46,757 bases of DNA, taken from Polyangiaceae bacterium (lineage in GTDB: Bacteria > Myxococcota_A > Polyangia > Polyangiales > Polyangiaceae). Where the stretch lies: positions 1-46,757 of the forward strand of contig JBILLK010000045.1 of NCBI GenBank assembly GCA_044376115.1, given 5' to 3'. The notes beneath the pieces are model-generated. The model did not search any database and was not told the origin of the DNA. It saw only the letters and a program-made list of their open reading frames with translations. Within the stretch, counting starts at the first letter, position 1; each line of letters starts with the position of its first letter. Shown in pieces: positions 43,720-46,757 of this stretch. The translations under genes were made by a program, and so were the position numbers.

Positions 43720-45207
43720 ATGCATGCTTTGCTTCGTACGGCTCTACGGTTTCGCCGGCCACTTGCCCTGATCGCTCCGCTCGGTAGTCTCCTGCTGGGC
43801 TGCGGCGACGATAGCGGCGTGGGGGGACAAGGCGGGGAGGCCGGCGGCGCGCCTTCCATCTCGGGGGAGCTCAAGCCGATCCACGAGGCCGATCCGGAGC
43901 TGATTGATGCGGGCTACCAGGCCTTTTCCAACGCCGAGTTGGTGCAAGGCGTACTTCCGAAGGAGGCGATGCGGAATCTCTACATCACGTGGACCACCAG
44001 CCTCGCCGCTTATTATACATATTATACGGATGCGGACGCCTACTGGGCCGCCTTCAATGAACGTTATGGCACGGTGCCATCCCCGTTCAAAGGAGCGGAC
44101 TATCCCGCGGGCTTCGCGCTCGCCTCGAACGGCAAAGTCGGTATCGACTGTCTGCTCTGTCATGCGAGCCGTTTCGAGGGCAAGACGCTGATCGGGGCGA
44201 GCAACAATCGGCTCGATCTGCGTGCCTTCGTCGAAGATGTGCAGGCCCTCCCAGCGGCGGTCGCTGCGCTCAAGAAGCAAGACCTCCCTCCGCCGTATGG
44301 CACCCTGGTGCAAGGGCTGCCCGACGATGAGGTGCCCGAGCCGTATGCGAGCCTGGAGATCCCGACGGGCGCGGCGGGCCTCAACGACGGCTTCGGCCTC
44401 GGCCTCGTGACCTCCACCTACTACGCCGAGCCGCCGCCGGACCTGAAGACCTTCATGGGCTACGAGGACGCCCCGGCTTGGTGGACGATGAAGTACAAAG
44501 AGCGGCTCTACACCGACGGCAGCGCACCGGGCGACGGCATCTACACGATGATGTCGACGCTATTGGCTTTTGGGCTCTCGATCAGCGAGCTCGCCGCCTA
44601 CTTGCCGACCTTCAAGGCGATCCAGAGTTACGTGTGGTCGATGCCGGCCCCCCGCTGGGAGGACTTCGAGCTGCCGGCGGTCGACCCGCAACTCGTGCAG
44701 CGCGGTGAAGCGGTGTTCGCCGAGAAGTGCGCGAGCTGTCACGGCACGTACAACGATGAAGTGTTTCCGAACGCGCTCTCGACTCCCGCGGAGATCGGCA
44801 CGGACGCGCTGCGGGCGGAGAGCTTTGGCGTGGTGGAAGCCGATTGGTTCAACTCCTTCATTCCCGGACCTGACTACGAAATGGAGTCGACGAAGCAATA
44901 CCTCGCGCCGGCGCTTACCGGGGTATTCGCCAGCCCGCCCTACCTGCATAACGGCAGTGTGCCCACGTTGCGTGCGCTATTGGTGCCGGCGGAGCGCCCA
45001 AGCCGCTGGCGCCGCGCGAGCGAGGCCATGGATCCTGTCGCCGTTGGGCTCACCTTCGAGCTGGTCTCAGAGGCGCCCGATTTGGAGACCGTCGCCGGGC
45101 GCAAGGTGGTGGATACGAGCCTTCCCGGCCTCTCGAATGAAGGCCACGAGATCGAGCTGGACGAAGAGGAAGTCACGGCCGTGCTCGAGCTGCTCAAGAC
45201 GTTCTAG
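43720..45207 (+). CDS. Lipoprotein di-haem c-type cytochrome (RoxA/peroxidase-like family)
   Basis: Lipobox LLGC, haem motifs CLLCH and CASCH, and PYLHNGSVPTL. Confidence 0.82.
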   Translation: MHALLRTALRFRRPLALIAPLGSLLLGCGDDSGVGGQGGEAGGAPSISGELKPIHEADPELIDAGYQAFSNAELVQGVLPKEAMRNLYITWTTSLAAYYTYYTDADAYWAAFNERYGTVPSPFKGADYPAGFALASNGKVGIDCLLCHASRFEGKTLIGASNNRLDLRAFVEDVQALPAAVAALKKQDLPPPYGTLVQGLPDDEVPEPYASLEIPTGAAGLNDGFGLGLVTSTYYAEPPPDLKTFMGYEDAPAWWTMKYKERLYTDGSAPGDGIYTMMSTLLAFGLSISELAAYLPTFKAIQSYVWSMPAPRWEDFELPAVDPQLVQRGEAVFAEKCASCHGTYNDEVFPNALSTPAEIGTDALRAESFGVVEADWFNSFIPGPDYEMESTKQYLAPALTGVFASPPYLHNGSVPTLRALLVPAERPSRWRRASEAMDPVAVGLTFELVSEAPDLETVAGRKVVDTSLPGLSNEGHEIELDEEEVTAVLELLKTF

Positions 45208-45258
45208 AGGCCTGCTGGGCATGGGCGCTTCCCCACGGACTATGCGCGGGGCTGAGCG

Positions 45259-46002
45259 TTAGCTTCCGCGCACGACCATATCTTTGGGGTAGTACTTCAT
45301 ATCGCAGTAGCTGCTGTCATCGAGGCCAAGCACCACTGAAAGCGCGGCCGCCTCCCAACACCAATACCCAGTAAACGAAGTACCGTTCCCTGGCTTGTGA
45401 GTACCGGCCCAGCTTGCCTTGCGTGCCACTCGAGCGTACCAATGCGCCAGGTAGTTCTTGATGATGGCAGGCTGTTCAGCCTTGGACGCAGCAAACACAG
45501 GCATTAGCAAACCGTCAAAGACCTTAGGAAAGGCCAACGTACCCGATATAGCCCTGTCCTTTTGTTAATAGACCATTAAGTGGTCAATAATGGGCTCGGG
45601 CTTCAGCTTCTGATCAATGGAACGGATGTAGTTCAACACTTCACCCTCGTCCGCTTTCAGCAAAATGGCCCATGAAAGGGTGGTTACGGCCTGGTAAAAA
45701 ATGTCAAAATAGTCGGAGTATTTCCCTTTATCGCTGTCTGGCTCTTGAAAGTAACCGGCGCCCCATTTCAGGCTCGCATGGAGGTACGGCCTGAGCTCTT
45801 CCACGGGCGTCCCAATCGAGTAGCAACAGGAGAGCAACCTCCCATAGTCGGAATGCAATCCCAACAAGATCGCCTTCCAGTTCATGCGCTGTTCAGCACG
45901 ATTGGCCAGATAGCCTTCCCGCTTGGCTATCTCTTCAAGTCTCTCAGCGATGTTGCCTTGAAAATACTCCACCGTTTGGAGCGGCTCGCGTTGGGTCGTC
46001 AT
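45259..46002 (-). pseudogene. PoNi-like (DUF1910/DUF1911) immunity gene interrupted by one in-frame TAA
   Basis: The two ORFs are in the same frame (MVY*QKDRAISGTLAFPK, stop at 45565-45567). C-terminal YLAHWY...FTGYWCWEAAA...YYPKD. GC is lower than the surroundings. Confidence 0.8.
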
Positions 46003-46086
46003 GCCCCTTCTATGTAAAGTTGTGTCCCCCCGCGGTCGAGCACGTTTAGCCGGCCCTGTGGCTCGAGCGCCCTTCTGTCTGCTGCA

Positions 46087-46479
46087 TCAACCGTCGATAG
46101 CGACGTCGTTGCAGGCCTTTCGCAGCTGGGCGAGCGGCGGGAGCGCGAAGACGGAGCGCTCGGGCGGAGGGACGGGCGGCGCTTCACCGTGCCCGCAGCG
46201 CACGGCGAGGAAGCGGTCGAGGTTCTCGTCCGCAGCACCAATGGGGCCGATTGTGGCGCCTGTCTTCGGGCGAATCAGCACCCACCAGTCGAAGGCGAAG
46301 CCTTTGAGCGGCTGGGCATAGTCGTGGCGGTAGATGGCCAGCGTCCCAACCAGCGCAGGATCGCTGCAGGTGGTAATGACGAGGAAGTCATTGGCTGCGC
46401 CCAAGAAGAGGACCACCGCCGCTGCAACGCATGCGCGCGCGAACCGGAGGACTGCGGGTTGAGGGCGGCTTATGCGCAC
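46087..46479 (-). CDS. Small hypothetical secreted protein
   Basis: GTG start and hydrophobic N-terminus ACVAAAVVLFLGA. The longer ORF in the track runs through the tandem repeat. Confidence 0.4.
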   Translation of the reverse strand: MRISRPQPAVLRFARACVAAAVVLFLGAANDFLVITTCSDPALVGTLAIYRHDYAQPLKGFAFDWWVLIRPKTGATIGPIGAADENLDRFLAVRCGHGEAPPVPPPERSVFALPPLAQLRKACNDVAIDG

Positions 46480-46534
46480 CGACCCATACGTTGAAGCGTG
46501 ACCGCGGCCGCTCGCCAACCACCGACGCGACCGC

Positions 46535-46757
46535 GTCCCATAACGCCCGTTCGCCCCGAACGACCAGCACATGTGGGACGGCCGCACGCCTTCCCGGCTC
46601 ACGGCGCGCCTTCCGAACGCCCTGGCGTTCGCCGCGTTGTCCCATAACGCCGGTTCGCCCCGAACGACCAGCACATGTGGGACGGCCGCACGCCTTCCCG
46701 GCTCACGGCGCGCCTTCCGAACGCCCTGGCGTTCGCCGCGTTGTCCCATAACGCCGG
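46535..46757. repeat. 104-bp tandem repeat with internal hairpins, truncated by the window end
   Basis: GTCCCATAACGCC starts at 46535, 46639 and 46743; the units are almost identical. Confidence 0.92.

Noticed and set aside
46535..46757. CRISPR array
   Set aside because: The whole 104-bp unit is repeated, so there are no unique spacers, and no cas genes are in the window.

Overview
GC-rich (myxobacterial/Polyangiaceae-like by gene content) window with a ~29 kb defence island followed by a ~15 kb accessory gene-accretion zone. Block 1 (2382-24255) is a translationally coupled 10-gene operon: a non-canonical BREX type 2/Pgl system. Its order is unknown gene, brxA-like, pglW, pglX, ABC ATPase, TOPRIM-like gene, pglY, pglZ, brxD, brxHI. 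Deviations from the canonical system are two extra leading genes, a PARIS-like pair inside the operon, a low-GC segment in pglX and a DEDDy exonuclease fused to the BrxHI helicase. Block 2 (24592-31017) is a three-gene DUF6361-like/PLD/SF2 helicase operon, probably Azaca-like. Downstream, four ~240 bp elements, each made of two 45-nt hairpins, separate small gene blocks (lipoproteins, Uma2, esterase, SMI1/KNR4, pseudogenes). Short scars copied from the helicase gene and from the Uma2 gene sit at several block junctions. The window ends with a hybrid histidine kinase, a di-haem cytochrome c, a low-GC PoNi-like immunity pseudogene and a 104-bp tandem hairpin repeat. All family calls come from motif recognition by eye; no database searches were run.
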